64,000 nucleotides of DNA from Terriglobales bacterium (GTDB taxonomy: Bacteria; Acidobacteriota; Terriglobia; Terriglobales; Acidobacteriaceae). The notes below the pieces were generated by a model. It made no database searches. It was not told the DNA's origin and saw only the letters and a list, made by a program, of their open reading frames with translations. The stretch spans positions 5,422-69,421 of the forward strand of contig DATJNC010000118.1 in NCBI GenBank assembly GCA_035508395.1, read 5' to 3'. Positions within the stretch are counted from its first letter, which is position 1, and each line of letters starts with the position of its first letter. This document shows, piece after piece, positions 17,825 through 27,523 of this stretch. A program made the translations under genes and the position numbers.

Positions 17825-18550
17825 GTGCGCGCAGAGACCCGTCACCAGCTAAAGGAAGACCGCTTCAGCAAGGCCGCCCTTGAAGCGGCAGAAAAGACCG
17901 TCGATTGGACCCAGGAGCACCAAGGCAAGCTGATCGTCGCCGCCGTCGCCCTCATCGTCATCGCCGCCATCGCCACTGGAGGGTGGTATTACGTCAATAC
18001 CCAAGACGAGAAGGCTAGCCTCGACTTGACCGCGGCCATCCGTACCTTCGAGTTGCCCCTGCGCCCCCCCGGTACCCCTGCGCAGCCCGACTACCCGACC
18101 TTCCAATCCTCCGCCGAACGGGCGACAGCCGCGCGCAAACAGTTTCAGCAGATCGTAGACAAATATTCCGAAACGAAAACAGGAAAAATGGCGCGCTATT
18201 TCGTTGGCCTGACATCGGCGCAGTTGGGCGACTATACGGCCGCAGAGAGCAATCTGCAGGAGGCCGCCAAATCTTCGAATCGCGATCTGGCATCGCTCGG
18301 CAAATTTGCGCTGGCTTCGGTCTACGCGGCCGAGAACAAAGGTTCACAGGCCATCGATCTTTACAAGCAGGTCATCGACAAACCTACCACGGTTGTCAGC
18401 AAAGCAGCCGCGCAGCTGGAGCTTGCCAGTTTTTACGAATCGATGCAGAAGCCTGACGAGGCAAAAAAAATCTACGAGCAAATTCAAAAGGAAAATCCGG
18501 CCAGCGAGGTCGCATCGCTGGCACAGCGCCGTGCGATGGCGCTGAAGTAG
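17825..18550 (+). CDS. Membrane-anchored TPR protein (YfgM-like)
   Basis: RAETRHQLKEDRFSKAA...GKLIVAAVALIVIAAIATGGWYY (single TM), then TPR-like helices. Start uncertain (GTG at 17825; the track ORF starts inside pqqE). Confidence 0.55.
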   Translation: MRAETRHQLKEDRFSKAALEAAEKTVDWTQEHQGKLIVAAVALIVIAAIATGGWYYVNTQDEKASLDLTAAIRTFELPLRPPGTPAQPDYPTFQSSAERATAARKQFQQIVDKYSETKTGKMARYFVGLTSAQLGDYTAAESNLQEAAKSSNRDLASLGKFALASVYAAENKGSQAIDLYKQVIDKPTTVVSKAAAQLELASFYESMQKPDEAKKIYEQIQKENPASEVASLAQRRAMALK

Positions 18551-18575
18551 AGCGCCGCGAACTTATTTTTCCGAA

Positions 18576-19712
18576 TTACTTTGCCATTCGTTTCAAACAA
18601 CCAATCAGCCGATCGCAATCTTCTCTGGTGTTGTAGACATGTGGAGTCACGCGCATCGAAGTTCCTCGCACGCTGACATAAACTTTTTCTCGCGCCAGCG
18701 TGAAAGTCAGCTCTGAGGTAAGTGGCTCTGCGCGGCGCAGGCAAAGATAATGAGGCGCGCGCAATGGTTCGTTGGGAGCCGAGAATCCAAGCTCTGCCGT
18801 CGCTTCGGCAAGATATTGGTTGGACGCCGCTGAGGTCGCCGAGATCTCCTCGATCCCCCAATCGAGTATCTGCTGCATCGCTCGAACTGCTACGGGAACC
18901 GACGCGAAGTTCGCGCGCTCGCCCATATCAAAGCGCCTCGCGCCTGTATCGTATCCATCCGAATACAAGACAAGGCTCGAGAAATCTTGCGCATTGTCAC
19001 GCTGGATCCAGCCCTCTTCCAAGGGACTTCCGCCGTGCCATTTGGGTGCGACATAGAGCACGCCGAGCGAATAAGGACCGAGCAGCCACTTGTAGGTCGC
19101 CGCAACCGCGAAGTCTGGCTGAACGGCAGCGACGTCAAACGGGAGAACGCCGAGCGACTGCGTCAAATCAACAGCGAGCGCCGCGCCAAGCTTGCGGCAA
19201 GCCTCTCCGATGCGGACTAGATCGAGTCGCCCGCCACTGGTCCATTGGACATTCGGCAGCGCCGCTACGGCGACATCCGACGTTAGCGAGTCAAGGACAG
19301 CCGCCGTCCAATCGTTGTCCGCGGGCCAGCGAACCATCTTCAAGGCCGCGCCATTCTCGCGCGCCAGTTGTTGCCACGGATAATAATTAGAAGGAAACTG
19401 CTCATCGAGGACGAGGATTTTTTGTCCCTTGCCGACCGGCAGATTCCGCGCTGCCGTCTGAAGGCCGTAACCGGCGGAAGCAACAACCGCGATGCAGTCG
19501 GCCGTCGAACCAAAGAACTCCGCTGCGATCGTACGGAACTCTTCCGCTCCAGTGAAGAATTCCGGTGCTGTCAACTCCCACGGACGCGCCTTGCGCTTGA
19601 GGCCACAGATTCCCGCCTCAGTCGCGGCCTTCATCAGCGGCGACATGTAGGCGCAGTTCAGATAGGCGACATCATCAGGGATCTCGAAAAGATGGCGTTG
19701 ACAGGGGAGCAT
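18576..19712 (-). CDS. Aminotransferase class V-fold PLP-dependent enzyme
   Basis: MLPCQRHLFEIPDDVAYLNCAYMSPL..., FAVAATYKWLLGPYSLGVLYV (PLP-Lys context). The in-frame ATG at 19712 gives 378 aa; the track ORF's upstream extension is not protein-like. Confidence 0.75.
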   Translation of the reverse strand: MLPCQRHLFEIPDDVAYLNCAYMSPLMKAATEAGICGLKRKARPWELTAPEFFTGAEEFRTIAAEFFGSTADCIAVVASAGYGLQTAARNLPVGKGQKILVLDEQFPSNYYPWQQLARENGAALKMVRWPADNDWTAAVLDSLTSDVAVAALPNVQWTSGGRLDLVRIGEACRKLGAALAVDLTQSLGVLPFDVAAVQPDFAVAATYKWLLGPYSLGVLYVAPKWHGGSPLEEGWIQRDNAQDFSSLVLYSDGYDTGARRFDMGERANFASVPVAVRAMQQILDWGIEEISATSAASNQYLAEATAELGFSAPNEPLRAPHYLCLRRAEPLTSELTFTLAREKVYVSVRGTSMRVTPHVYNTREDCDRLIGCLKRMAK

Positions 19713-19755
19713 GGTTAGTTGACGCTTCAGTGTATCAATCGAGAGCGAGCCGAAG

Positions 19756-20946
19756 ATGTTTAGGAAAACGAAACGAAGGATCGTTTGTGGTTTGGCGCTG
19801 ATCGTAACGGTTGTCTTTGCAATTCCCGCAGCCGCGCAAACGGGCGTTCCCGGAGGCAGCGGTTCGGCCTTTAATCCGTGCCATTGCACCAGTGCGCAGG
19901 CATTCACACGCGCGCGGCATTTGAGGCGCGGGCTAAATCTCAGTGGGTGGTTCGCGCAGGTCTTTGACAAGCGCGGATACACAAAGGAGCACTTCGATAC
20001 CTGGGTTACCGGCGACGATCTCGCGCTCATCAAGTCGCTCGGGTTCGACCATGTACGGTTGAGCGTGAATCCGCAGCCCATGTTCACCGAGCATGAGCCA
20101 AACAAGATTCCTGCGGACTATCTCGGCTATCTCGATGCGGCCATCAAGATGATCCTTGATCACGGCCTCAATGTTGTGATCGATCTGCATCCCGACAGCG
20201 ACTTCAAGGCGCGGCTCACCAAAGACGACGACTTCGTCGAGCAGCTTGCCGATTTCTGGCGCACGCTGGCTGCGCACTATTCCTCGTGGGATCCCGACCG
20301 CGTGTATATCGAGATCCTGAACGAACCGGAATTCAGTGATCGCTACCGCTGGCTAGGCGTGCAGGCGAAGCTCGCGGCGGCCATCCGCGAAGGCGCCCCC
20401 AACCACACCATCATCGCCGCGGGCGCGCGCTGGTCGAACGACGACGAACTCGTATTTCAGGAACCGCTGCGCGATCCGAACATCATCTACAACTTCCATT
20501 TCTACGAGCCGTACATCTTTACGCACCAGGGGGCAAATTGGGGAGCACATTCGTGGCATTGGCTGCACGGATTGAGTTATCCGTCCAGCCCTGAGTCGGC
20601 CGATCGGGCTGCCGCGCTTGAGCCAGACGAAGTGAATCGACTGGCCGTGATTCGGTATGGATATGAGCATTGGGACGCAACCCGCATCGACGCCGAAACG
20701 AAGCAAGCGGCGGGATGGGCTGCGAGGCGCGGCGTTCCGTTGGTTTGCAACGAATTCGGCGTGCACCGGAAATACGCCGATCCGCAGGATCGCGCCGCGT
20801 GGCTGCGTGATGTGCGCACTGCGCTCGAGAAGAATGGCATCGGATGGACGATGTGGGACTACTCTGGCGAGTTCGGCGTCGTTACCAAGAACGACGGCAA
20901 GACCACGGTCGACGATCAAATGCTCAAGGCTTTAGGACTGAAATAG
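19756..20946 (+). CDS. Glycoside hydrolase family 5 (cellulase-like), secreted
   Basis: Signal peptide (GLALIVTVVFAIPAAAQ). GLNLSGWF, GFDHVRLSV, IEILNEPE (acid/base Glu), VCNEFGV (nucleophile Glu), GWTMWDY. Confidence 0.8.
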   Translation: MFRKTKRRIVCGLALIVTVVFAIPAAAQTGVPGGSGSAFNPCHCTSAQAFTRARHLRRGLNLSGWFAQVFDKRGYTKEHFDTWVTGDDLALIKSLGFDHVRLSVNPQPMFTEHEPNKIPADYLGYLDAAIKMILDHGLNVVIDLHPDSDFKARLTKDDDFVEQLADFWRTLAAHYSSWDPDRVYIEILNEPEFSDRYRWLGVQAKLAAAIREGAPNHTIIAAGARWSNDDELVFQEPLRDPNIIYNFHFYEPYIFTHQGANWGAHSWHWLHGLSYPSSPESADRAAALEPDEVNRLAVIRYGYEHWDATRIDAETKQAAGWAARRGVPLVCNEFGVHRKYADPQDRAAWLRDVRTALEKNGIGWTMWDYSGEFGVVTKNDGKTTVDDQMLKALGLK

Positions 20947-21013
20947 AGCCTAAGAACGCTCGCCAGCGCTGCCGCGGCTTCGTGTGCCACCATTATCATC
21001 AGTGCTGAACCAG

Positions 21014-22459
21014 CTACCCTGTGGTCCGAAGTTCTTCTTCCCCATCGAACTCCTGCTTGAGCTGTTCGCCGAGCGAGTTCGCCACCGTCTTGAGATTCTT
21101 CGCCAGCGACACCTTCCAGCGTTGACTCGCCTGCGAGGCGAGTTCCTCAAAGCGCTGCCCCACGGCTTGTGCGGCTTCGTTGCCTTGCGCTTCGAGCGAC
21201 CCGGAGAAGGAATGCTCGATCCGGTTTTGGATGCTGCGCAGATGGCTGCACACCTCATCGATTCGCGTCTCGACCTCACTCGAGCCGCGGGTCTGGAAGT
21301 CCTTGAGCGCCAACGCGACCGCGCCCTCAAGTTCGGTCCGCGCACTGGTGACGATCTCGCCTGCCAACCGCTCTAGATGCGAGTCGAGATTCGATTCCAG
21401 GCGGCGCACAGACTCGTTCATCATCGCGACCCGCTTGCCGAGGTCGGCGACGTCGGTTTGCAGCTGCGTTGCCTTTGCCGAGGCCGCGGACTGAATCTGG
21501 TCAACTTCGCGCCGGTGCGCGTTGTGGGTTTCGATCAGCCGGGCCTCAAGCGAGCTGAGAAGCTGCTCACTCTGCGCGGTCAGCTGAGCCCGCGCGTCCA
21601 GAGTCTGCTGCTCGATCTTCTCCACGCCAGCCTGTGCCCGCTGCAACGCCGTCGAGGTGAGGTCCTTTGAGAGTGCCTGCGCCCGCTGCTCGATCGTGTG
21701 CAATTCACCGGAGAGACGATTGCGAAACTCCGTCAATGCCGCACTGACCCTTTGCTCAGTAGTCGTTTTCGCCGTGGTGAGAATCTCGGCGGTCTGTTCC
21801 TTGGCATGCTCAAGAACGCGAGGTCCAAGCTCCTGTCGCAGGCGCTGCCAGATCTGTTCTTGCAACTCCGGAGGAATATGCCCGAGCGAAACCTCAAAGC
21901 GATTCTGGCGCGAGTGTCGAGCCAGCTTCTCCTGCAACTCGGTCACCTCGGCCTCTATTGGCCGGATCAGCTTGGCCAGAATTCCACGCAGACGCTCTTC
22001 CGAGAGCTGTTCTTCCACCTTGTCGAGGATTGCCTGCGCGGGCCTACCCGAGGACTGCGGCGGTGCCTTTTGCTGAGTCAATTTGGCTAACTTGGTCGAT
22101 GACTCCTTGGCCGTGGCGGATGGCATCTCGATCACTCGCCAGTCATCGGGGTAAGCATTGAGTCCCCAGAAGTTTTCGGGCTGGTCGAGCCGCGCGCCGA
22201 GGGTCCAGCCATCCGATCCCATGGGCTGGCAGAACACGACATGAGCCGTCGCGTTCCGGCCCTCGCGGGTATGCAGCTTCAACTCGCTTCCGGTGTCGAG
22301 CGGAATCGGTAGCCGGAGCGCGCAGCCGTGAGCGTTCACGACGAGCGTTTCGCATACCTCCGAGAAATGAGCGTTCGGATCAAGGCTGGTAACGTGAATG
22401 GGGACGTGAATCGGCACTCGTGAGCTACGCCGAAGGTCTTGCGCTTTCGCAACCTGCAT
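21014..22459 (-). CDS. PilZ-domain protein with ~370-aa apolipoprotein-like coiled-coil C-terminal region
   Basis: The N-terminus RRSSRVPIHVPIHV...ETLVVNAHGCALRLP..L..GSELKL resembles a PilZ RxxxR ... D/NxSxxG-type fold. The remainder is heptad-rich and Q/E/A/L-rich. GAGGA lies 6 nt before the ATG. Confidence 0.6.
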   Translation of the reverse strand: MQVAKAQDLRRSSRVPIHVPIHVTSLDPNAHFSEVCETLVVNAHGCALRLPIPLDTGSELKLHTREGRNATAHVVFCQPMGSDGWTLGARLDQPENFWGLNAYPDDWRVIEMPSATAKESSTKLAKLTQQKAPPQSSGRPAQAILDKVEEQLSEERLRGILAKLIRPIEAEVTELQEKLARHSRQNRFEVSLGHIPPELQEQIWQRLRQELGPRVLEHAKEQTAEILTTAKTTTEQRVSAALTEFRNRLSGELHTIEQRAQALSKDLTSTALQRAQAGVEKIEQQTLDARAQLTAQSEQLLSSLEARLIETHNAHRREVDQIQSAASAKATQLQTDVADLGKRVAMMNESVRRLESNLDSHLERLAGEIVTSARTELEGAVALALKDFQTRGSSEVETRIDEVCSHLRSIQNRIEHSFSGSLEAQGNEAAQAVGQRFEELASQASQRWKVSLAKNLKTVANSLGEQLKQEFDGEEELRTTG

Positions 22460-22760
22460 ATGGAATCCTCGGGGAACAGGAGAGGCCGTTGCTCAAGCCT
22501 CGTGTGAGTAAGGTAACGCCGCGCACGGAGTTGCGACCCATCTCGGGAGTGTCGTTCCGAATCGGGAGAGGGAACGGAGTAGTATTGTCCGTTTGGCGCG
22601 GACGAACATGTCCATCCGACCGATCTTGTGCCGGCACAGGTTGGGCAGGAGACACAAGAGCGATACAGAGGCGATGAATTCCCCACATCGCGGTGAATGG
22701 CCGCGAGCGGTGAGCGCCAGAGTGATACGGGTAAAGGATGCCGTCGCGGGTGAAGCAGCC

Positions 22761-23174
22761 TTACCTCTGAAGTTCAGCAGCTCTCACAACCTCTTCCGGC
22801 CCTCCAACTTTGTCGTACTGCCACAGGCAAAGCTCGTTCCCGTCAGGATCGCTGAAAAAAGCTAGCTCACCACCATTTTTGTGCGTGGCCGGGCTCGTGG
22901 TAATCCCAGAAGCGCTGAGTTGCTTTCGCGCTTCTTCGAGATCGGAAACCGCGAAGCAGAGCCGCGCATTTCCGTTCCCTGGAAGCACCATTCCGCGCGG
23001 GGCCGGTACAAGCTCAATGAGCACGCCATCAAGATCGAAACGGGCGACGAAATCTCGTGAAATCGGGGTCAGCCCCAGCGCGTCACGATAGAAAGCGATG
23101 GAGCGATCAATATCTCTAACGTAGTAGAAGACGGTATCGAAGGATAATCTTGGCTTGCTAGATGAGATCGGCAT
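22761..23174 (-). CDS. VOC-family (glyoxalase/bleomycin-resistance fold) protein
   Basis: FDTVFYYVRDIDRSIAFYRDALGL...FFSDPDGNELCLWQ. In-frame ATG at 23174 preceded by GGAGG. Confidence 0.75.
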   Translation of the reverse strand: MPISSSKPRLSFDTVFYYVRDIDRSIAFYRDALGLTPISRDFVARFDLDGVLIELVPAPRGMVLPGNGNARLCFAVSDLEEARKQLSASGITTSPATHKNGGELAFFSDPDGNELCLWQYDKVGGPEEVVRAAELQR

Positions 23175-23336
23175 GGATTGCCTCCTGGGCGTCCGGCTTG
23201 GGACGCGAGGATCTGGCGGACCGCAATGGATACGCAAAGGCTAGGAGTTTCGCTGCACAAAGTCAGTGAGGGAAGGCACCCCTGACAGTGACAGGAATTT
23301 TAGTGCGCCGGCCTTGGCCGAAGACCAGACCATTCC

Positions 23337-23365
23337 TTGACACTCCGATTTTCGGCCTTTATTCT
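23337..23365 (+). promoter_or_regulatory. Candidate sigma-70 type promoter for yceD-rpmF-plsX-fabD
   Basis: TTGACA (23337-23342), 17-nt spacer, TATTCT (23360-23365), about 80 nt upstream of 23445. Confidence 0.4.
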
Positions 23366-23444
23366 TAGTTATTGCCCCTGAGAGACCTTCGTCTCTGTAG
23401 CGTACTTCCGCGGGCCTACGCGGTATCGGGCGGGGGCGGCGGAG

Positions 23445-23999
23445 GTGCCAATGCTCATCGAAATCAAGGAGTTGGAGATTCATCCGGTCGAATTCCGGGA
23501 GGAGTTCAGCGCTGGTGTGATTGACCTTGGTGCGGACCTGCGGCAGCAGGGCATCCTCAAAAGCGAGGGCCGGGCCGACCTCGTTGAAGAGCATCACGGC
23601 AAGCATGAAGTGGTTCAGGACATCCGGCTGAAGGGCAAACTGGAAACTAGGCTTGAAGTTGCCTGTGCCCGTTGCCTTGACCCGGTGGTCGTGCCCGTGA
23701 AGCGCAGCTTTGACCTGCTTTACCGTCCCTTGGGCACCGACGCCGGCCACCAGGAACTTTCCGTCACCGACGCAGAGGCGGAGATCGGCTACTACCAAGG
23801 TGAGGGCTTGCTGCTCGAAGACACGTTGCGCGAGCAGGTATTGCTGGCAGTGCCCTTAAAGACGGTCTGTAGTGACGACTGTCAGGGAATTTGCCCGAGT
23901 TGCGGGAAAAACTTGAATGAAGGTGCGTGCTCCTGTGAGGACGATGTTGAAGATCCTCGATGGTCCGCGTTGAAAGAGATCCGAGGTAAGCTGGAATAA
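23445..23999 (+). CDS. yceD: YceD/DUF177 family protein
   Basis: C-terminal pattern CARCLDPV...FDLLYRP...YYQGEGLLLEDTLREQVLLAVPLK..CSDDCQGICPSCGKNLNEGACSC; classic position upstream of rpmF. Confidence 0.8.
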   Translation: MPMLIEIKELEIHPVEFREEFSAGVIDLGADLRQQGILKSEGRADLVEEHHGKHEVVQDIRLKGKLETRLEVACARCLDPVVVPVKRSFDLLYRPLGTDAGHQELSVTDAEAEIGYYQGEGLLLEDTLREQVLLAVPLKTVCSDDCQGICPSCGKNLNEGACSCEDDVEDPRWSALKEIRGKLE

Positions 24000-24070
24000 A
24001 ATCAAATCCGAGTTCCGGGCTCCACGCTCCAGCCAACACGGGGGACTTGGAGCCAAGCAAAGGAATCATC

Positions 24071-24256
24071 ATGCCGAATCCAAAACGTCGACACTCCCAA
24101 AAGCGCACGGCCACACGGCGCGCGCACGACTCCTTGTCGAAACACTCGCTCTCGGAGTGTCCGAACTGTCATGAGCAGAAGCTACCCCACCGGGCCTGTG
24201 CCAAATGCGGATACTACAAGGGCCGTGAAGTTTTCGAGGTCGAAGAGAAGTCTTAG
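24071..24256 (+). CDS. rpmF: 50S ribosomal protein L32
   Basis: [20 protein letters not shown]...[25 protein letters not shown]. In-frame ATG at 24071 preceded by AAGGAA. Confidence 0.9.
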   Translation: MPNPKRRHSQKRTATRRAHDSLSKHSLSECPNCHEQKLPHRACAKCGYYKGREVFEVEEKS

Positions 24257-24266
24257 TTCACCCTCC

Positions 24267-25289
24267 ATGCCTAGCGTAATCGCCCTGGATGCGATGGGTT
24301 CCGACAAAGCGCCGAAGCCTGAGGTTGAAGGTGCCCTTCAGGCGGCGCGCCACCATGGACTGCATGTTCTGCTGGTTGGCCCCGAAACCCTTCTGAACGC
24401 GGAGCTTGCGCGCTATCCCGGGTCTCGCCACTTGCCGGTCTCGATCGTCCAGGCAAGCGAAGTCATCACCATGGAAGATAAAGTGGAAGCGATTCGTGCC
24501 AAGCGCGATTCTTCTTTGCGCGTGGGTTTGCGGCTCGTGCGGGAAGGAAAAGCTGCAGGCTTTGTAACTGCTGGCAATACGGGCGCAGCCATGGCGACGG
24601 CCAAGATTGTCTTGGGTTCGCTTCCCGGAGTGGATCGTCCCGCACTCGCGGCGGCGTTTCCGACCGTGTTGTCGACCGCGGCCGTGTTGCTCGATGTAGG
24701 CGCGAACGTTGATTGCACTCCGCAAAATCTTGAACAATTCGCCGTGATGGGCGATATTTATTGCCGCTCGATCTTCGGTATGAAGCGGCCGCGGGTTGGA
24801 TTGCTCTCGATCGGCGAAGAAGAAAGTAAAGGCAACGATTTGACCCGCGAGGCTTTTCAGCTGCTCAAGCGCCTGCCGATTCAATTCATTGGCAATGTTG
24901 AAGGACGTGATTTATATAACGGCCATGTCGATGTGATTGTCGCCGACGGATTTGTCGGCAACGTTGCGCTGAAAACATCGGAAGGTGTGGCCAAGCTGGT
25001 GCGCACCGTGCTGAAAGAGACGCTGCGGGCGACCATCACGCGCCAGGTCGGTGCGTATCTTTCGCGCGACGCCTTCGCCGATTTCAAGAAACGTCTCGAC
25101 CATACCGAATATGGAGGGGCTCCGCTGCTTGGAGTAAAGGGTGTGTGCATCATCACGCACGGTTCGTCCAACACGAACGCAATCAAGAACGCAGTTCGCG
25201 TGGCGGCCGAATTCGCCGAAGCTCGAGTGAACGAAACGATCGAGCGCGAGCTCGCAGGATTGAGCGCGACGGTTGCAGCTGTGAATTAA
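24267..25289 (+). CDS. plsX: Phosphate acyltransferase PlsX
   Basis: [20 protein letters not shown]...[10 protein letters not shown]...GNVEGRD...[14 protein letters not shown]. In-frame ATG at 24267. Confidence 0.9.
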   Translation: MPSVIALDAMGSDKAPKPEVEGALQAARHHGLHVLLVGPETLLNAELARYPGSRHLPVSIVQASEVITMEDKVEAIRAKRDSSLRVGLRLVREGKAAGFVTAGNTGAAMATAKIVLGSLPGVDRPALAAAFPTVLSTAAVLLDVGANVDCTPQNLEQFAVMGDIYCRSIFGMKRPRVGLLSIGEEESKGNDLTREAFQLLKRLPIQFIGNVEGRDLYNGHVDVIVADGFVGNVALKTSEGVAKLVRTVLKETLRATITRQVGAYLSRDAFADFKKRLDHTEYGGAPLLGVKGVCIITHGSSNTNAIKNAVRVAAEFAEARVNETIERELAGLSATVAAVN

Positions 25290-25404
25290 TAAACAGGTAA
25301 GGGTCAATTTCAAATTCCGGAGTTACAATTTTCCATATCATTGGCGATTCGGACTTGCATTCGCCTCTGCAATCTGACCTCTAACCTCCGACCTTAAATG
25401 CCAT

Positions 25405-26361
25405 ATGACGAACTCATCTTCTCCCGTCGCGTTCCTCTTCCCCGGCCAGGGCTCGCAGACAGTCGGCATGGGAAAAGAATTGGCCTCAAACTACGCGGTT
25501 GCGCGGCAGACATTTGAAGAAGCTGACGAGGCGCTCGGCTACAAATTGTCGGAGCTTTGCTTCGAAGGCCCCGACGAAAAACTCAAGCTCACCGAGATCA
25601 CGCAGCCTGCGATTCTCACCGCCTCTGTCGCGGCGTTCCGCGTTCTGAGCGAAAAGGGCCTTGAGCCCGATTACGTGGCCGGCCACAGCCTTGGAGAGTA
25701 TTCCGCGCACGTGGCCGCTGGCACGCTGACCTTCACCGACGCTGTGCGGACCGTTCGCAATCGCGGCAAGTACATGCAGGAAGCGGTTCCCGTCGGAGTC
25801 GGCGCTATGGCAGCCATTCTTGGCATGCCGCTCGACAGGGTTACTGAAATAGCGCAGGAAGCAGCGCAAGGCGAGGTTTGCCAGGCAGCCAACATTAATT
25901 CACCCGAGCAGATTGTCATCTCCGGAAGTGCCGCTGCTCTTACCCGCGCGATCCAGCTCGCAACCGAAGGCGGCGCAAAAAAAGCGATCAGTCTACCGGT
26001 TAGTGCACCCTTTCATTGCGCGTTGATGCAACCGGCGCAGGATCGGCTGGCGTCTGATCTCCGCGCACTGTCATTGCACGATCCATCCTGCCCGGTAATC
26101 TGCAATGTCGATGCCTCTCCTGTTACATCTGCCGGCACGGCGCGTGACGCGTTAATCCGGCAGGTGACCGGCGCTGTGCGATGGGATCAATCCGTTCGCA
26201 AGCTGATCGAAATGGGCGCAAACCTCTTTATCGAGGTCGGACCTGGAAAAGTTCTTTGGGGATTGATGCGGCAGATTGACCGTTCCAAGACGTGCCTAAC
26301 GGTGGGCGACGAGGCATCCATGCAAAAAACGCTGCAACAGGTTTCGGCCGCAATCGCATAA
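25405..26361 (+). CDS. fabD: Malonyl-CoA:ACP transacylase
   Basis: FLFPGQGSQTVGMG, GHSLGEYSA, ISLPVSAPFHC. Confidence 0.9.
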   Translation: MTNSSSPVAFLFPGQGSQTVGMGKELASNYAVARQTFEEADEALGYKLSELCFEGPDEKLKLTEITQPAILTASVAAFRVLSEKGLEPDYVAGHSLGEYSAHVAAGTLTFTDAVRTVRNRGKYMQEAVPVGVGAMAAILGMPLDRVTEIAQEAAQGEVCQAANINSPEQIVISGSAAALTRAIQLATEGGAKKAISLPVSAPFHCALMQPAQDRLASDLRALSLHDPSCPVICNVDASPVTSAGTARDALIRQVTGAVRWDQSVRKLIEMGANLFIEVGPGKVLWGLMRQIDRSKTCLTVGDEASMQKTLQQVSAAIA

Positions 26362-26447
26362 AGCGGACGAAATGCAGGGCAACTCTGCGCGTGACTATTC
26401 GCAGCTCGCCTGGTCACTTCGCCAATCACTTACACCAACCACTGCTT

Positions 26448-26894
26448 TTAATACGGATACACGGTAATCGTCTTGTCCGACCGCTGCACAAACATCCGAG
26501 CATGCTCTGCACGCTCGTTCACGATGACCTCCACGATCACGCCTCCTCCCGCAAGCGCTTTGGTGTCGGCTGAGCCGTAAATTCGAAACGATTTGACTAG
26601 TCCCCACTCGCCGCCTGGTCCCCAGTCGCGATAAAAGTCCGCATAGGGGTATTGGGAATACTTCTGCGGATGCTGCCGCCAGTTTGGATCATTGAAGTAG
26701 ATGGCGTAAGCCGATTCGTAATCCTGCCTTTGCAGGGCGGCGAAAAAATGGGAGACGACGCGCTCTTCGGGCCAGTTCCGATACATCCAGCCAAGCACCG
26801 CGAGAACAATTACTGTCAGAAGGGCGGTTGCCACTCTGATCTTGCGTCGCCGGGCACGGGCGGCATCGAACGGCTGAGCGTCGAGCAGCGTCAT
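26448..26894 (-). CDS. Hypothetical membrane-anchored protein
   Basis: The in-frame ATG at 26894 gives MTLLDAQPF...RVATALLTVIVLAVLGWMY (TM), then a soluble domain (FFAALQRQDYESAYAIYF...). No motif assigned. Confidence 0.5.
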   Translation of the reverse strand: MTLLDAQPFDAARARRRKIRVATALLTVIVLAVLGWMYRNWPEERVVSHFFAALQRQDYESAYAIYFNDPNWRQHPQKYSQYPYADFYRDWGPGGEWGLVKSFRIYGSADTKALAGGGVIVEVIVNERAEHARMFVQRSDKTITVYPY

Positions 26895-27038
26895 ATTTAC
26901 TACTCCAGCATAGCGGATTTCCCATGCCAAGAGATAGCGATGTGGGAGCACATTTCGCTTGCCGTCTGTAACGGATCCCGCGCCAAAATAGCCAGTACCT
27001 TTGTATAGCTCCGCCGACGGATCTGTTTTGCAGCTTGC

Positions 27039-27067
27039 TAAAGCTGCCCGAAAGCCTGCCGATGTAA
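27039..27067 (+). promoter_or_regulatory. Sigma-28 (FliA)-type promoter upstream of cheY-cheX
   Basis: TAAA (27039-27042), 15 nt, GCCGATGTAA (27058-27067), 70 nt upstream of the cheY ATG. Same architecture as three other sites in this locus. Confidence 0.6.
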
Positions 27068-27136
27068 CTTAGGTCAGCCAAGAAAGGGATTGCAGCAGGT
27101 TGCGGCTCGACGCAAAGCCGCATCCATGGTGGAGAT

Positions 27137-27523
27137 ATGGAAAAAATTCGGGCGCTCATCGTGGACGATTCATCAGTGATGCGCAAGATTGTCGAGCGTT
27201 CGCTGCGACAGGCCGGTGTCGAACTGGAAACTGTTCTCGAAGCCAGCAATGGTGCCGAAGCCTTGACGATCGTTGGTCAAAATGGCGTCGACCTGATTCT
27301 ATGCGATATCAACATGCCCATCATGGATGGCCTGGAGTTTGTTCGTAGCCTCGGGTCTGTCGAGAACGCCAAAGGTGTTCCCGTGGTCATGATCACAACC
27401 GAGGGAAGCGAGACCCACGTCGTGCAGGCCCTTTCGGCTGGGGCGCGTGGATACATCCGCAAGCCCTTTACGCCCGAACAGGTCAAAGAGCACGTACTGC
27501 CGGTGCTGGGGAAAAGATCATGA
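27137..27523 (+). CDS. cheY: CheY-like single-domain response regulator
   Basis: ALIVDDSSVMRKI...DLILCDINMPIMDG...PVVMITTEG...GARGYIRKPF. Confidence 0.9.
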   Translation: MEKIRALIVDDSSVMRKIVERSLRQAGVELETVLEASNGAEALTIVGQNGVDLILCDINMPIMDGLEFVRSLGSVENAKGVPVVMITTEGSETHVVQALSAGARGYIRKPFTPEQVKEHVLPVLGKRS

